Origin: Clostridium sp.
GTDB taxonomy: Bacteria > Bacillota > Clostridia > Clostridiales > Clostridiaceae
NCBI RefSeq assembly: GCF_036646415.1
Contig: NZ_JAVXMF010000001.1
Location: 65,671 to 129,670, forward strand
Reading direction: 5' to 3'
Length of the DNA: 64,000 bases
Under the pieces are notes generated by a model that saw only the letters and a program-made list of their open reading frames with translations, had not been told where the DNA came from and searched no databases. How positions within the stretch are numbered: position 1 is the first letter of the stretch; the number at the start of each line of letters is the position of its first letter. The position numbers and the translations under genes were made by a program. Below are positions 9,723 through 20,604 of the stretch, in pieces.

Positions 9723-12491
9723 TTACACCCCAGTTGTGTTTGAGAGACCTTTCTGTTGAGCTTGATATTTATTTTTGTTACTGCCCTTTTTCTGACCACC
9801 CAAGGACTTTTTAATCTTATGAATAGCGATTCTTCCTTTACGCTTAATCATATTTTTAATAATTATCGGTTTAAGCTTTTCTAGCTCTACGCCTTCAGCG
9901 TCATATTTTCTTACAAGTGAAATAGCGTCGAACTTACATCTAGTTGTACATGCACCACAACCTACACACATGTACTCATCTCTAGTTGTAGCACCGCAGC
10001 CAAGGCAACGTTCTGCTTCCTTCTTCATTTGCTCTTCTGTAAATGTAGATCTCAAATCTTTAAAGGTTTCTCTTGATTTCTTTCCATCTACAGGTAGTGC
10101 TCTTTGTCTAGGCATACGATCATAGCTTTCAAGAGTCAAGTTTCCTTTATCAAGGGCATGGTACTCTTTCCTGTCACGACCTAGAATTAAGCTTTGTCCA
10201 GGATGAACATAACGATGAATTGAAATTGCACCTTCTTTACCCAACGCAATGGCATCGATAGCAAACTTAGGACCTGTCAATGCATCTCCACCTGCAAATA
10301 CATCTGACTCTCCTGTCTGCAGCGTAAAGGAATCTGCTTTGATTGTCTTGTTTGGATTTAATTCTATTTTGCTATTTTCTAATAAATTTCCCCAATCCAT
10401 TCCTTGACCTACTGAAATGAGAACATTGTTTGTCTTAACAATCTTTGTTTCCTTTTCATCAAAAGTAGGATTAAACTTTCCACTTTTATCGAAAACTGAA
10501 AGACATTTTTTGAATTCTATACCTACAACACGTCCATTTTCTTGAAGAATTCTTTTAGGACCCCAAGAATTGTTAATACCGATATCTTCCCCCATTGCTT
10601 CTTCAATTTCTTCTTCAAGAGCTGGCATTTCCTTTCTATTTTCAAGACAGAACATCTCAACTTTTGAAGCTCCAACTCTTGTAGCAGTTCTTGCAACGTC
10701 AATAGCAACGTTACCACCACCGATTACAACCACGTTTCCTTCAAGTTTTATGTCATTACCTAGGTTTACATCTCGTAAGAAATCAACACCTGTAACAACG
10801 CCTTCTGCATCTTCACCTTCTAATCCAAGTTTTCTACCAGTTTGAGCTCCAATTGCAAGATAGAATGCTTCATACCCTTGGCTTCTTAAATATTTAAGGC
10901 TTACATCTTTACCAACCTCAACACCGGTTTTGAATTCAACGCCTAACTCTCTCAAAATATCAATTTCTGCATTAATTACTTCTTTTTCTAATCTATAAGA
11001 TGGGATTCCAAGTGTCAACATACCACCAAGTGCTTTTTGTTTTTCAAACACAGTTACCTTATAACCGTCAATTGCTAAATAGAAAGCACAAGAGAGACCT
11101 GAAGGTCCAGCACCGATAATGGCAATCTTCTTTCCGTATTCATGTCTCAATTTTGGCATATAGCGATTATCCATATTTAAATCTTGTTCCGCAATAAATT
11201 TTTTGATTTCATCGATAGCAACGGGATCATCGATATCACCTCTTGTACAAGCGGATTCACATTTCCTTGGACAGATACGTCCACATACTGCTGGAAAGGG
11301 ATTTTCGTGCTTGATAAGTTCAAGTGCTTCTTTATACCTTCCTTGAGAAGCCAACTTAATATACCCTTGAACAGATATGTGAGCTGGACACTCTGTTTTA
11401 CAAGGACTTGTACCGGTTTCAACAACATTTTCTCTATTTGTACGATAATCCACATTCCATTTATCTGGACCCCACTCTGTATTAGATGGGAAATCTTCTC
11501 TCTGCTCTTCAATAATTGGAGTTTTAGTACATAATTTCTGACCTAATTTCAATGCATTAACAGGACAAACCTGAACACACTCTCCACAAGCAACACATTT
11601 ATCTTTATCCACTTGTGAAATATAATTTGAACGCACCATATCATTGTTTAAAAACATACTAGCATTTCTCAAAGATAAACAGGAACAACCGCAGCAGTTA
11701 CAAATAGCATGGGTTTTTCCAGGTCCATCGGTATTTGGTATACTATGCATTAAGCCATTTTCTTCAGCTTTTTTAATAATTTCAAAAGCTTCTTCACGGT
11801 TAATCTTTCGGCCTCTACCTGTACGGATATAGAATTCAGCAGCATCTCCCAGCTGAATACACATATCTTCCTTCAAATGACCGCAACCTTCTCCCATAGC
11901 TTCTCTTGATGTACGGCAAGAACAATCTGAAACTGAGAAAAGAGTATTTTCCCTTAGATATTTGGAAACTTCTTCATAGGATGCTCTTCTAGTTTCCCCT
12001 TCAATGGATTTTTCGATAGGGATTACACGCATCACTCCTGTTCCTACAGGAAAAACCCCTGCGGCTATTGGGGCTCTTTTTCTCCCGTATCCATCAAAAG
12101 CCTCGCCAATTTGCCTAAAGTTTTTAATATTTTCCTTATGTGGGTGATTAACTATCATTTCCATATGTCCCGGAACCCAAACCTCAAACCAATATTTATC
12201 AACACCATCTTTTTCACCAATAAGAGAAACACCGGCAACTGCTAAATCCCATAAAATTCTTTTTGTATCCTCTACAGATTTACCACATATTTCAGCCACT
12301 TCTTCTGCACTCTTGGGTTTACGTAATTCAAGACAAAGTGCTACTTCTACCATCTCGTCTGTAACAACATTCTCCAAAATTTTATATTCCGGATGTTCTG
12401 GCGTAATTTCTAATTTCGAACCACGCTTTGCCCTACTAATCTTATTGGCAAGTTCTAATACTTTTTCATTTACCACATCTATTACCCCCAA
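9723..12491 (-). CDS. Multidomain Fe-S flavoprotein oxidoreductase, paralog 2. It is a tandem duplicate of 5934..8648.
   Basis: The two proteins align over their full length at roughly 70-80% identity, with the same Cys motifs and the same GAGPSG site. Its C-terminal ~60 aa are Lys/Gly-rich and have no counterpart in paralog 1. Confidence 0.7.
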   Translation of the reverse strand: MGVIDVVNEKVLELANKISRAKRGSKLEITPEHPEYKILENVVTDEMVEVALCLELRKPKSAEEVAEICGKSVEDTKRILWDLAVAGVSLIGEKDGVDKYWFEVWVPGHMEMIVNHPHKENIKNFRQIGEAFDGYGRKRAPIAAGVFPVGTGVMRVIPIEKSIEGETRRASYEEVSKYLRENTLFSVSDCSCRTSREAMGEGCGHLKEDMCIQLGDAAEFYIRTGRGRKINREEAFEIIKKAEENGLMHSIPNTDGPGKTHAICNCCGCSCLSLRNASMFLNNDMVRSNYISQVDKDKCVACGECVQVCPVNALKLGQKLCTKTPIIEEQREDFPSNTEWGPDKWNVDYRTNRENVVETGTSPCKTECPAHISVQGYIKLASQGRYKEALELIKHENPFPAVCGRICPRKCESACTRGDIDDPVAIDEIKKFIAEQDLNMDNRYMPKLRHEYGKKIAIIGAGPSGLSCAFYLAIDGYKVTVFEKQKALGGMLTLGIPSYRLEKEVINAEIDILRELGVEFKTGVEVGKDVSLKYLRSQGYEAFYLAIGAQTGRKLGLEGEDAEGVVTGVDFLRDVNLGNDIKLEGNVVVIGGGNVAIDVARTATRVGASKVEMFCLENRKEMPALEEEIEEAMGEDIGINNSWGPKRILQENGRVVGIEFKKCLSVFDKSGKFNPTFDEKETKIVKTNNVLISVGQGMDWGNLLENSKIELNPNKTIKADSFTLQTGESDVFAGGDALTGPKFAIDAIALGKEGAISIHRYVHPGQSLILGRDRKEYHALDKGNLTLESYDRMPRQRALPVDGKKSRETFKDLRSTFTEEQMKKEAERCLGCGATTRDEYMCVGCGACTTRCKFDAISLVRKYDAEGVELEKLKPIIIKNMIKRKGRIAIHKIKKSLGGQKKGSNKNKYQAQQKGLSNTTGV

Positions 12492-12520
12492 ATTAAATTT
12501 CGCTATGGTCTTATTATTTA

Positions 12521-12667
12521 TTCTAAATTTTAACTTCAGTACCTATCCAGTCAGCCCACTCATCAATTTCCTTGCCCCTTCTAGCAGAAATCTGGATAAC
12601 CTTGATATTCAGGTTCATTTTTTTACACGTCCTTTGACTGCATCTAAATCAAAATAATCTATTGCAT
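12521..12667 (-). pseudogene. Truncated hypB remnant holding only the 3' ~50 codons, with indels
   Basis: The DNA is near-identical to hypB 8680-8840 (atccagtcagcccactcatcaatttcc... against atccagtcagcccattcatcaattccc...). It carries frameshifts and an internal deletion and has no start codon. Confidence 0.6.
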
Positions 12668-12984
12668 CCCTTTTATCTTAAATTTTGTTTTTATTTTTTT
12701 ACATTTTAATAATTAAAAAACATTTCTTACAAAATATTATATCATCAATTCTATATTAACAAAATAAATTATGGAATAATTTTCTTAATATTTTGAAAAC
12801 ATTTAATTCACCTCTGAAAGCCATGATTTATTCGGAGCTATTGGTTTGAAACGATGCCTAATATAGACTTTGAAAATAATAGATTTTTCAGTCTTATTTT
12901 AGATGAACTTTGTTATACAAAAAAAATTAGCGGTAAATAACTGTCAAGTTCACAAGTTACTTACCGCCTACATTAAATTTTACT

Positions 12985-14259
12985 CTACTCCTCTAGTAAT
13001 GAGGATTTTTTTTCATATTTTTCAAGCCTGTACATAAATATTGAAGATACAAAAGCTATTATCCCAAGTATAATCCATACTGATTCCATGCTCATATACT
13101 TTAACCCCTTGCCTACAACGAAAGGACCAAAGGTGTATCCTGCTCCTAAAATCATTGGAATTACTGCATTCATTCTTCCCCTGTGTGAAGCAGGTGTGTG
13201 ATTTGCAATAAATGGACTAACACTTATTGACAATACAATTTCCCCTAGAGTAAATATAAATACTGATATAAAGAAAACCATCAAAGTATTTAAAAATCCT
13301 AAAATTCCAAATCCAACAGTATATAATAATCCTCCATAAACCATTTTTCTAATATTATTGGTTTTTTCACACATTTTAGTTATTACTGGTGTAAAAAACA
13401 TAACTACAAGTCCATTAAAACTTGCTAAAAAACCATAATATTTTGCTCCTGAACCTATATAATTCTGCTCCACGTGCATAGGCAATGCAAAGCCCCATTG
13501 AGAATATACAAAGTTATAACCAAAAGCACATAATGCAAAATAAATTAGAAGTGGTCTTTTTAGTAACACCGATATAATTGAACCTTCTTCTCTCATTTCT
13601 AGCTTTCTGCTTTCATCAACAATTTCCTCTTTTGATAGATGTATTGTTTCCTTAACAAAGAACATTAATAGACATAATGCTATAATTGCAGTTACTGCAT
13701 CCCCAATGAATACAATTGATAAATGATTTTTATACAATAACCCTCCAATAACTGGTCCAATAGCAAATCCTATATTCCATCCCATATATGACAAAGCATA
13801 AGCACCATCTCTATTTTCTGGAGTTGTTAAATCAGCAATTAAGGATTCATGTGCTGGTCCTGCCATCGCCATAAAAGCAGCTGCAATCATAAGTACATAA
13901 ATCATATTCATAGATGGATTCATAAGCCCACAAATGATATAAAATAATGCTGATAGACTTTCAAATACAATTATAATTTTTTTACGGCCTATAGTGTCAG
14001 CTAATTTCCCACCTAAAATTGGAATAAACATAAATATAAGACCTGAAATACTTATATATGTTCCTGCTAATGATTTTGATAATCCTATTTTTTCTGTAAG
14101 TATAAGAGTAAGTAAGGGCATTACAAAACATCCCATGGCATTTATTATTTTTGATATGAATATTATATATATTTCCTTTGGTAACCCCCTATATGGATCT
14201 AGTAAGGATTTTAAGTTTTTCATTTTTGATTCCTCCCTTCTATGAATGTCGTTAGACAA
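12985..14259 (-). CDS. MFS transporter
   Basis: 424 aa with about 12 transmembrane helices. The MFS signature G(K)LADTIGRKK lies in loop 2-3. Confidence 0.8.
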   Translation of the reverse strand: MSNDIHRREESKMKNLKSLLDPYRGLPKEIYIIFISKIINAMGCFVMPLLTLILTEKIGLSKSLAGTYISISGLIFMFIPILGGKLADTIGRKKIIIVFESLSALFYIICGLMNPSMNMIYVLMIAAAFMAMAGPAHESLIADLTTPENRDGAYALSYMGWNIGFAIGPVIGGLLYKNHLSIVFIGDAVTAIIALCLLMFFVKETIHLSKEEIVDESRKLEMREEGSIISVLLKRPLLIYFALCAFGYNFVYSQWGFALPMHVEQNYIGSGAKYYGFLASFNGLVVMFFTPVITKMCEKTNNIRKMVYGGLLYTVGFGILGFLNTLMVFFISVFIFTLGEIVLSISVSPFIANHTPASHRGRMNAVIPMILGAGYTFGPFVVGKGLKYMSMESVWIILGIIAFVSSIFMYRLEKYEKKSSLLEE

Positions 14260-14470
14260 CTCAACTTATCTTTCACTAATCTCTTCAAAGTACATTTTTA
14301 AGTTTAAAAGTAAACCACACTATATTATTCTATAAAATCCCAATTTTCCCTTCTATATGTTTATTAAATATTGAGATACTTCACTTTGATACTCAACCTT
14401 GAACCCCATTATTCCTAATGTTATAATTTTTAAGATAGCAAAATTAAAATTTTTATTTCAAGGAGCATAT

Positions 14471-14866
14471 ATGAAAACAATAGAAGTAGTTGCAGCAATT
14501 ATAAAAGATAAAGATAAAATATTAGCTACGCGCCGAGGATATGGTGAATTTATAGATATGTGGGAATTTCCTGGTGGCAAGGTTGAATCAGGTGAAACCC
14601 ATGAAGACGCCCTTTGCCGTGAAATCAAAGAAGAATTAGAGCTATATATTAACATAAATGAATTTTTAGTTACCGTTGAATATGATTATCCTAATTTCCA
14701 TCTTACAATGCACTGTTTTATAAGTACAATAGCAGGTGGTACATTACAGCTAAATGAGCATAATGATGCTAAGTGGATTACCTTAGATGAATTAGATGAT
14801 CTTAATTGGTTACCAGCTGATATCTTAGTTATAGAAAGCCTTAAAAATCTTTACATAAAAAAATGA
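14471..14866 (+). CDS. NUDIX hydrolase, MutT-like
   Basis: Nudix box GGKVESGETHEDALCREIKEELEL. An AAGGAG ribosome-binding site lies 7 nt upstream of the ATG at 14471. The track ORF begins earlier, at 14399. Confidence 0.8.
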   Translation: MKTIEVVAAIIKDKDKILATRRGYGEFIDMWEFPGGKVESGETHEDALCREIKEELELYININEFLVTVEYDYPNFHLTMHCFISTIAGGTLQLNEHNDAKWITLDELDDLNWLPADILVIESLKNLYIKK

Positions 14867-14969
14867 TACTCTAGTTAAAGTATCATTTTTTTATTGAACT
14901 ATATTAAAACTATTTAACTATAAAACTATTACCTCATGACTTGTCCTATGAAGTGCAATATTAAGCTAT

Positions 14970-17939
14970 CTAGGAAGTAATATATTCATAAATATCTTCT
15001 CTTACTGGAGTATAAAGATTATATTTAATTTCCACTGCTTTCTTATTAGTATTTTTCATAATAATAGGATGTGGTTTCCCAACTGCTCCAATTTTCCCTA
15101 GATAATAAAACTCTTTTGAGGCTTTATCATCCTTGTTCTTTCTAACAAACAAGCTCATTTCAACTCCATCTTTCTCTGCGTTATAGGCTTGCAGAACATC
15201 ATCTGAGGTCTCTGTTCTACCTGATTTAGATATAGCAACTAGTTGTGAAGATGATTCAAATCTATCTTCATAATTAGTAGAGTCACTAATACCTTGTGAC
15301 TTCTCATAATTAATAAACACTGGATAGGTTTTTGTTTTTTTATCAAACTTATATCCACCAATATTTAAAGCTACTTCGCCCTTTTCCCATTCTAATAATC
15401 TACATACATCTTCATAGGTATACTTTTCATATAATTGAAAACTTGTCCCCATATAGCGGTGACTATAAAGCTTCTTGTTTCTTTCTATTCCAAAGTTTAC
15501 TAGCTCTTCAACTATAGCTTTAAAGCTAGGATTTTCTAAATTCTTTTTAAATATATCTGATGTTTTATAATCGGTTTCATTCTTATCTAAGAAAACACAA
15601 TTCTTATACTTATCTTTTCCACTTCCCGTTGGAAATTGATTTGTAAGTACATTAACAACTGATACTTCTGTGATATCTTTAGGAGTAATTTCATATTGTT
15701 CTTCTAAAATAAAATTTAACCTAGTCATTAAGTCATATTCATGGTTCATTGCACATTTAATCATCTCTAATTCATGGATTCGCTTTCCTGATGCAAGTTT
15801 CTTAGAGATAAATTCAACAAATTCCTCTTGAATAGGACTAAGCTTCACTGTATATTCCTTCTCATATTTTATTAAAAACTTATGATAGGAGCCTAAAGAC
15901 TTATTATCAAAAATTCTCATTACATCAATAGAATCATGTAAATCAAAATCTTTTAATCTGGGTATTCTTCCTAGCTTTTGCTTTAAATTCTTATAACTCT
16001 CCTTAATAAGCTTAACATCATTAAAATTAGCATTGTCTATAGAATCAAAAATACGTTTCTTAGAAACTTCATCAAAATTAATGGTAGAACATCCCGGAAT
16101 AATTCTGGTTCCTTCCATAATGTATTTTCTAATATTGTCTTTATTATAGGTATTGTCCCCAGAGAGTGCTATTGGAATTAAAAAATTCTTTTCATAATTC
16201 CCAATAAAATCAATAATAACAACGTATTCTTTATCTTCACATTTTCTAAGACCACGGCCCAATTGCTGAACAAAGATAATTGATGACTCCGTTGGCCTAA
16301 GCATTACAATTTGATTTACCTTTGGAATATCTACACCTTCATTAAAGATGTCAACAGTGAAAATATAATCTAAGGAATCCTCTACTTCATCTTGCTCTAA
16401 ACGCTCAATTGCATCCTCTCTCTGGTCTTGTGTATTCTCTCCTGTAAGTGCCAATGTTTTATATCCATGTTCATTGAATTTACAAGATAGCTCCCTTGCT
16501 TCTTTTTTATCACTACAAAAGATCAATCCTTTTACTCTATCTCCAGAATAACCATAAAAATTAATTTTATTAATAATATGATTAACTCTTTCATCTGCCA
16601 CTAAATATTTAAATTCTTTACTGCTGCTTAACTCATTACCCTGAACTAATATATCTGTAATTCCAAAATAATGAAATGGACATAGCAGATCTTCTTCTAA
16701 AGCCTGTTGCAAGCGAATTTCATATGCTACATTATGGTCAAACATTTTAAAGATATCAAATTCATCTGTTCTCTCAGGTGTAGCTGTCATTCCTAGTAAA
16801 AACTTTGGCTGAAAATAATCAACTATTTTCTGATAGCTACTTGCCCCTGCTTTATGAACTTCATCTATGATAATATAATCAAACTCTTTTTTATCAAAAC
16901 TATGTAATATATTGTCCTTAACCATCATCTGCATAGTAGAAAACACAAACTCCTTATCCATATCCCTTGAATGACCAGAGATAATTCCCATAGTTCTAGT
17001 ATCACCAAAAACATTCTTATAGCTTTCTAAAGCTTGTTTTGCAATTTGCTCCCTATGTACAATAAATAAAGCTCTATTTGGATTATAATTTCTTAAATCA
17101 AAGGCAGATAAATAGGTTTTCCCCGTACCCGTTGCTGAAATCAATAATCCTTTATCCTTCCCCTTCGCTCTTAGATTATCCAAGGCTTGTATTGCAGAAA
17201 CTTGCATCTTATTAGGTTTTAATTTATATTGTGTAATTCTTGGAATTCTACTTCGTCTAGCAATTTCTCTTTGCTGCTTATATAACTTCTCATAAGTCTC
17301 AATCCACTTAAGGTTTAAACTATCAGCATCCTTCCACATGGTGTTGAACTCATCAAGGACACTCATTGTTAGTGAGCCTTCGTCCAAGGAAGATACTTTT
17401 ACATTCCACTCTTTATTCTTAGTTAAAGCGGTTTGCGTTAGATTAGAACTACCCACAATAAGCTTATAATGATCATCATGGCGAAAAATATATCCCTTTG
17501 TATGAAAGTTTTCTTTAGAATATACCTTCACCTCAATATTAGAAAACTCCAAAAGCTTTTTAAGTGCCTTTGGTTCACTAAAATTCAGGTAATCGGTAGT
17601 TAATATCTTACCTTTAATACCTCTCGCCTCTAAGGATTTTAGATTCTCCAAAAGTGGAGTTATACCACTGGTAGTAATAAAGGCCACAGACATGATAAAT
17701 TCATTACATTTAGATAACTCCTTTACAATATCACTTAAAACTTTATTCCCTTTATTATGATCATTTATAAGTAGTTGCGGACGTAAAGCTAGGTTAGAAT
17801 CTATTCTATGATTTACTAACCCTGTTTTAGAAGCTCCTAAAATATCATCCGCTACCTTATCATCTATATTAGAACCAATTTCAATTAATTTGGGTTGTAT
17901 TGTTAGATTAACAACTTGTTCCTCTAAGCCTTGTCTCAA
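14970..17939 (-). CDS. PLD-family nuclease / SF2 (ResIII, DEAH) helicase / DUF3427 fusion protein. Candidate defence-associated protein.
   Basis: N-terminal PLD HKD motif HTKGYIFRHDDHYKLIVGSSNLT. Helicase motif I SATGTGKTY, motif II IIDEVHKAG and motif VI QQLGRGLR. A C-terminal ~300 aa region is typical of DUF3427. The gene abuts the CRISPR array. Confidence 0.8.
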   Translation of the reverse strand: MRQGLEEQVVNLTIQPKLIEIGSNIDDKVADDILGASKTGLVNHRIDSNLALRPQLLINDHNKGNKVLSDIVKELSKCNEFIMSVAFITTSGITPLLENLKSLEARGIKGKILTTDYLNFSEPKALKKLLEFSNIEVKVYSKENFHTKGYIFRHDDHYKLIVGSSNLTQTALTKNKEWNVKVSSLDEGSLTMSVLDEFNTMWKDADSLNLKWIETYEKLYKQQREIARRSRIPRITQYKLKPNKMQVSAIQALDNLRAKGKDKGLLISATGTGKTYLSAFDLRNYNPNRALFIVHREQIAKQALESYKNVFGDTRTMGIISGHSRDMDKEFVFSTMQMMVKDNILHSFDKKEFDYIIIDEVHKAGASSYQKIVDYFQPKFLLGMTATPERTDEFDIFKMFDHNVAYEIRLQQALEEDLLCPFHYFGITDILVQGNELSSSKEFKYLVADERVNHIINKINFYGYSGDRVKGLIFCSDKKEARELSCKFNEHGYKTLALTGENTQDQREDAIERLEQDEVEDSLDYIFTVDIFNEGVDIPKVNQIVMLRPTESSIIFVQQLGRGLRKCEDKEYVVIIDFIGNYEKNFLIPIALSGDNTYNKDNIRKYIMEGTRIIPGCSTINFDEVSKKRIFDSIDNANFNDVKLIKESYKNLKQKLGRIPRLKDFDLHDSIDVMRIFDNKSLGSYHKFLIKYEKEYTVKLSPIQEEFVEFISKKLASGKRIHELEMIKCAMNHEYDLMTRLNFILEEQYEITPKDITEVSVVNVLTNQFPTGSGKDKYKNCVFLDKNETDYKTSDIFKKNLENPSFKAIVEELVNFGIERNKKLYSHRYMGTSFQLYEKYTYEDVCRLLEWEKGEVALNIGGYKFDKKTKTYPVFINYEKSQGISDSTNYEDRFESSSQLVAISKSGRTETSDDVLQAYNAEKDGVEMSLFVRKNKDDKASKEFYYLGKIGAVGKPHPIIMKNTNKKAVEIKYNLYTPVREDIYEYITS

Positions 17940-18108
17940 AATTGATTACCCCCTGACATGTTGTTTTGTATAACTTATTTTACCATTGTGGTTGGGGATA
18001 TACAAATTTAGGGTGAAAATGCCGTAAACAATGTTGGCTTGTTTACGGCATTAGAATATCTGACGGATGCGACAAGGTACTAAATTTTTTCCAATACCCT
18101 TATATTAA

Positions 18109-20418
18109 ATTTCAACCCACGCACCCCTGAAGGATGCGACGATATAAGAGATCCAAGGTGGACAAGTGTATTTTGATTTCAATCCACGCACCCCTGAAGG
18201 ATGCGACAATACTGTGCTGACGAATATAACTGTACTTTGTGTATTTCAATCCACGCACCCCTGAAGGATGCGACTAGATGCACAAGATAATCATTTGATT
18301 TGTTTTACAATTTCAATCCACGCACCCCTGAAGGATGCGACATGATAACACTATGTCATACCATGAAGATTTGATAATTTCAATCCACGCACCCCTGAAG
18401 GATGCGACAATAGCTTTTTTCATATCATCATAACTCATTACAATTTCAATCCACGCACCCCTGAAGGATGCGACAATATGAGGATTGGAAATTATTAGAT
18501 AAAGCTATGATTTCAATCCACGCACCCCTGAAGGATGCGACTCGAAACAACTTGATACAGCATTATCAAAAATTGATTTCAATCCACGCACCCCTGAAGG
18601 ATGCGACTAGCTATCATTTCATTTATAATATCCAATACTCCTATTTCAATCCACGCACCCCTGAAGGATGCGACTAACTGAAACTGAGGATTCAGATATA
18701 ACATCTGAGATTTCAATCCACGCACCCCTGAAGGATGCGACATTTAAAATATTTATATAAAACAAGGATTTTAAAAATTTCAATCCACGCACCCCTGAAG
18801 GATGCGACAAGCAAAACTTCCTACTCATGTGCTAATTACAAGAATTTCAATCCACGCACCCCTGAAGGATGCGACAAAGATGACTTGGGTGACTACATAG
18901 GATTTACTATATTTCAATCCACGCACCCCTGAAGGATGCGACAGTGAAAAGTAATTTGCATATGATGCAGATGGATAATTTCAATCCACGCACCCCTGAA
19001 GGATGCGACTATTGGAAGATAATTCAATTACACAAAATTATATTTGATTTCAATCCACGCACCCCTGAAGGATGCGACAATAGAGCTTGGATATACCTTA
19101 ATATCCTTAGCAATTTCAATCCACGCACCCCTGAAGGATGCGACATGGTGAAACTAACGGTGTACAATATCACTTCATAATTTCAATCCACGCACCCCTG
19201 AAGGATGCGACCTAATTGTTATATTATTAATAACCTTATTTTAGAATTTCAATCCACGCACCCCTGAAGGATGCGACCATATACCACTTCAAATACATCG
19301 TTTCTTTTTTTACCATTTCAATCCACGCACCCCTGAAGGATGCGACAACAGGTATTGCACGTTCAACTTTATCTTTTTATATTTCAATCCACGCACCCCT
19401 GAAGGATGCGACTTTTAGAATTTTTACACAATACAATTCTATCGGTATTTCAATCCACGCACCCCTGAAGGATGCGACGGTTTGATGATTAACTTTCTTT
19501 CTTTTTCATTATATATTTCAATCCACGCACCCCTGAAGGATGCGACGATTAGTTATTTTACCTCTATCGTAATCATTTAGAATTTCAATCCACGCACCCC
19601 TGAAGGATGCGACATATCTTATCTACATTTCCATTCCTATCCTTTATTATTTCAATCCACGCACCCCTGAAGGATGCGACAAAACTAAAATAACAATAGA
19701 TGTTACAATTCAGAATTTCAATCCACGCACCCCTGAAGGATGCGACCCGAATCCATTCTGAATGTTACAATGAGGACTTTAAAATTTCAATCCACGCACC
19801 CCTGAAGGATGCGACGTTGATGATTTGAAACTATTATTAAAAGATGTAATAATTTCAATCCACGCACCCCTGAAGGATGCGACGAACACAATTATTTGGG
19901 ACCATTTGGGAAGATCAAGATTTCAATCCACGCACCCCTGAAGGATGCGACTGCGGCTGCAGGAGCTGGAATATCAGAAGTTATTGAATTTCAATCCACG
20001 CACCCCTGAAGGATGCGACATAATCCATTTAGTTGGTCGCATATCACAGTTAAATTTCAATCCACGCACCCCTGAAGGATGCGACATTTGAGGAGGTTAG
20101 TTAAAATGAATATATATCAATTTCAATCCACGCACCCCTGAAGGATGCGACTTTCCATCTAAAATAGATTCTACTACTCTTTCTAAATTTCAATCCACGC
20201 ACCCCTGAAGGATGCGACCAAAATCTTCAAAAGCTATTGAAATTTCATTTTGATTTCAATCCACGCACCCCTGAAGGATGCGACCAATGGATTATCGAAA
20301 GATAGTTTTCTAATGGCAATTTCAATCCACGCACCCCTGAAGGATGCGACTTCCTTTCGTCGGTTCCTTGAATCAACATATAACTAATTTCAATCCACGC
20401 ACCCCTGAAGGATGCGAC
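18109..20418 (-). CRISPR. Type I-C CRISPR array of 35 direct repeats of 32 bp and 34 spacers of 33-36 bp. Transcription runs from the leader at the high-coordinate end.
   Basis: The repeat ATTTCAATCCACGCACCCCTGAAGGATGCGAC on the plus strand is GTCGCATCCTTCAGGGGTGCGTGGATTGAAAT on the transcribed strand, the type I-C family. The lowest-coordinate repeat, at 18109-18140, is degenerate (ATTTCAACCCAC). A further decayed partial repeat (ctgacggatgcgac) lies at 18060-18073. Confidence 0.97.
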
Positions 20419-20604
20419 CGCACTTTTAAGTAAATTTATCATGTATTTTCATAATTATTCTAACAATATAGCTAAAACAATATACTTCTACACTTTATAA
20501 TCATATATTATTACACTTTCATCCAATATAATATATGATTTTCAAATTAAACTTCTGCGAATACACTATAATTTTCTGTGTGCTTATTATTCGCAGATTA
20601 TAGA
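20419..20604 (-). promoter_or_regulatory. CRISPR leader
   Basis: An AT-rich 186 bp stretch between the cas2 stop and the first repeat. The newest repeats next to it are perfect, and degeneration sits at the far end of the array. Confidence 0.6.

Noticed and set aside
12313-12657. ORF 12313..12657 (+)
   Set aside because: It overlaps the oxidoreductase-2 start and the hypB remnant on the opposite strand, with a Ser-rich translation. It is a shadow ORF.
18468-20442. Track ORFs at 18468..18677, 18646..18828, 18735..18932, 18944..19180 and 20245..20442, with the recurring peptides NPRTPEGCD and SHPSGVRGLK
   Set aside because: They are translations of the 32 bp CRISPR repeat in different frames and on different strands. 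The periodic repeated peptide betrays this, and they are not genes.
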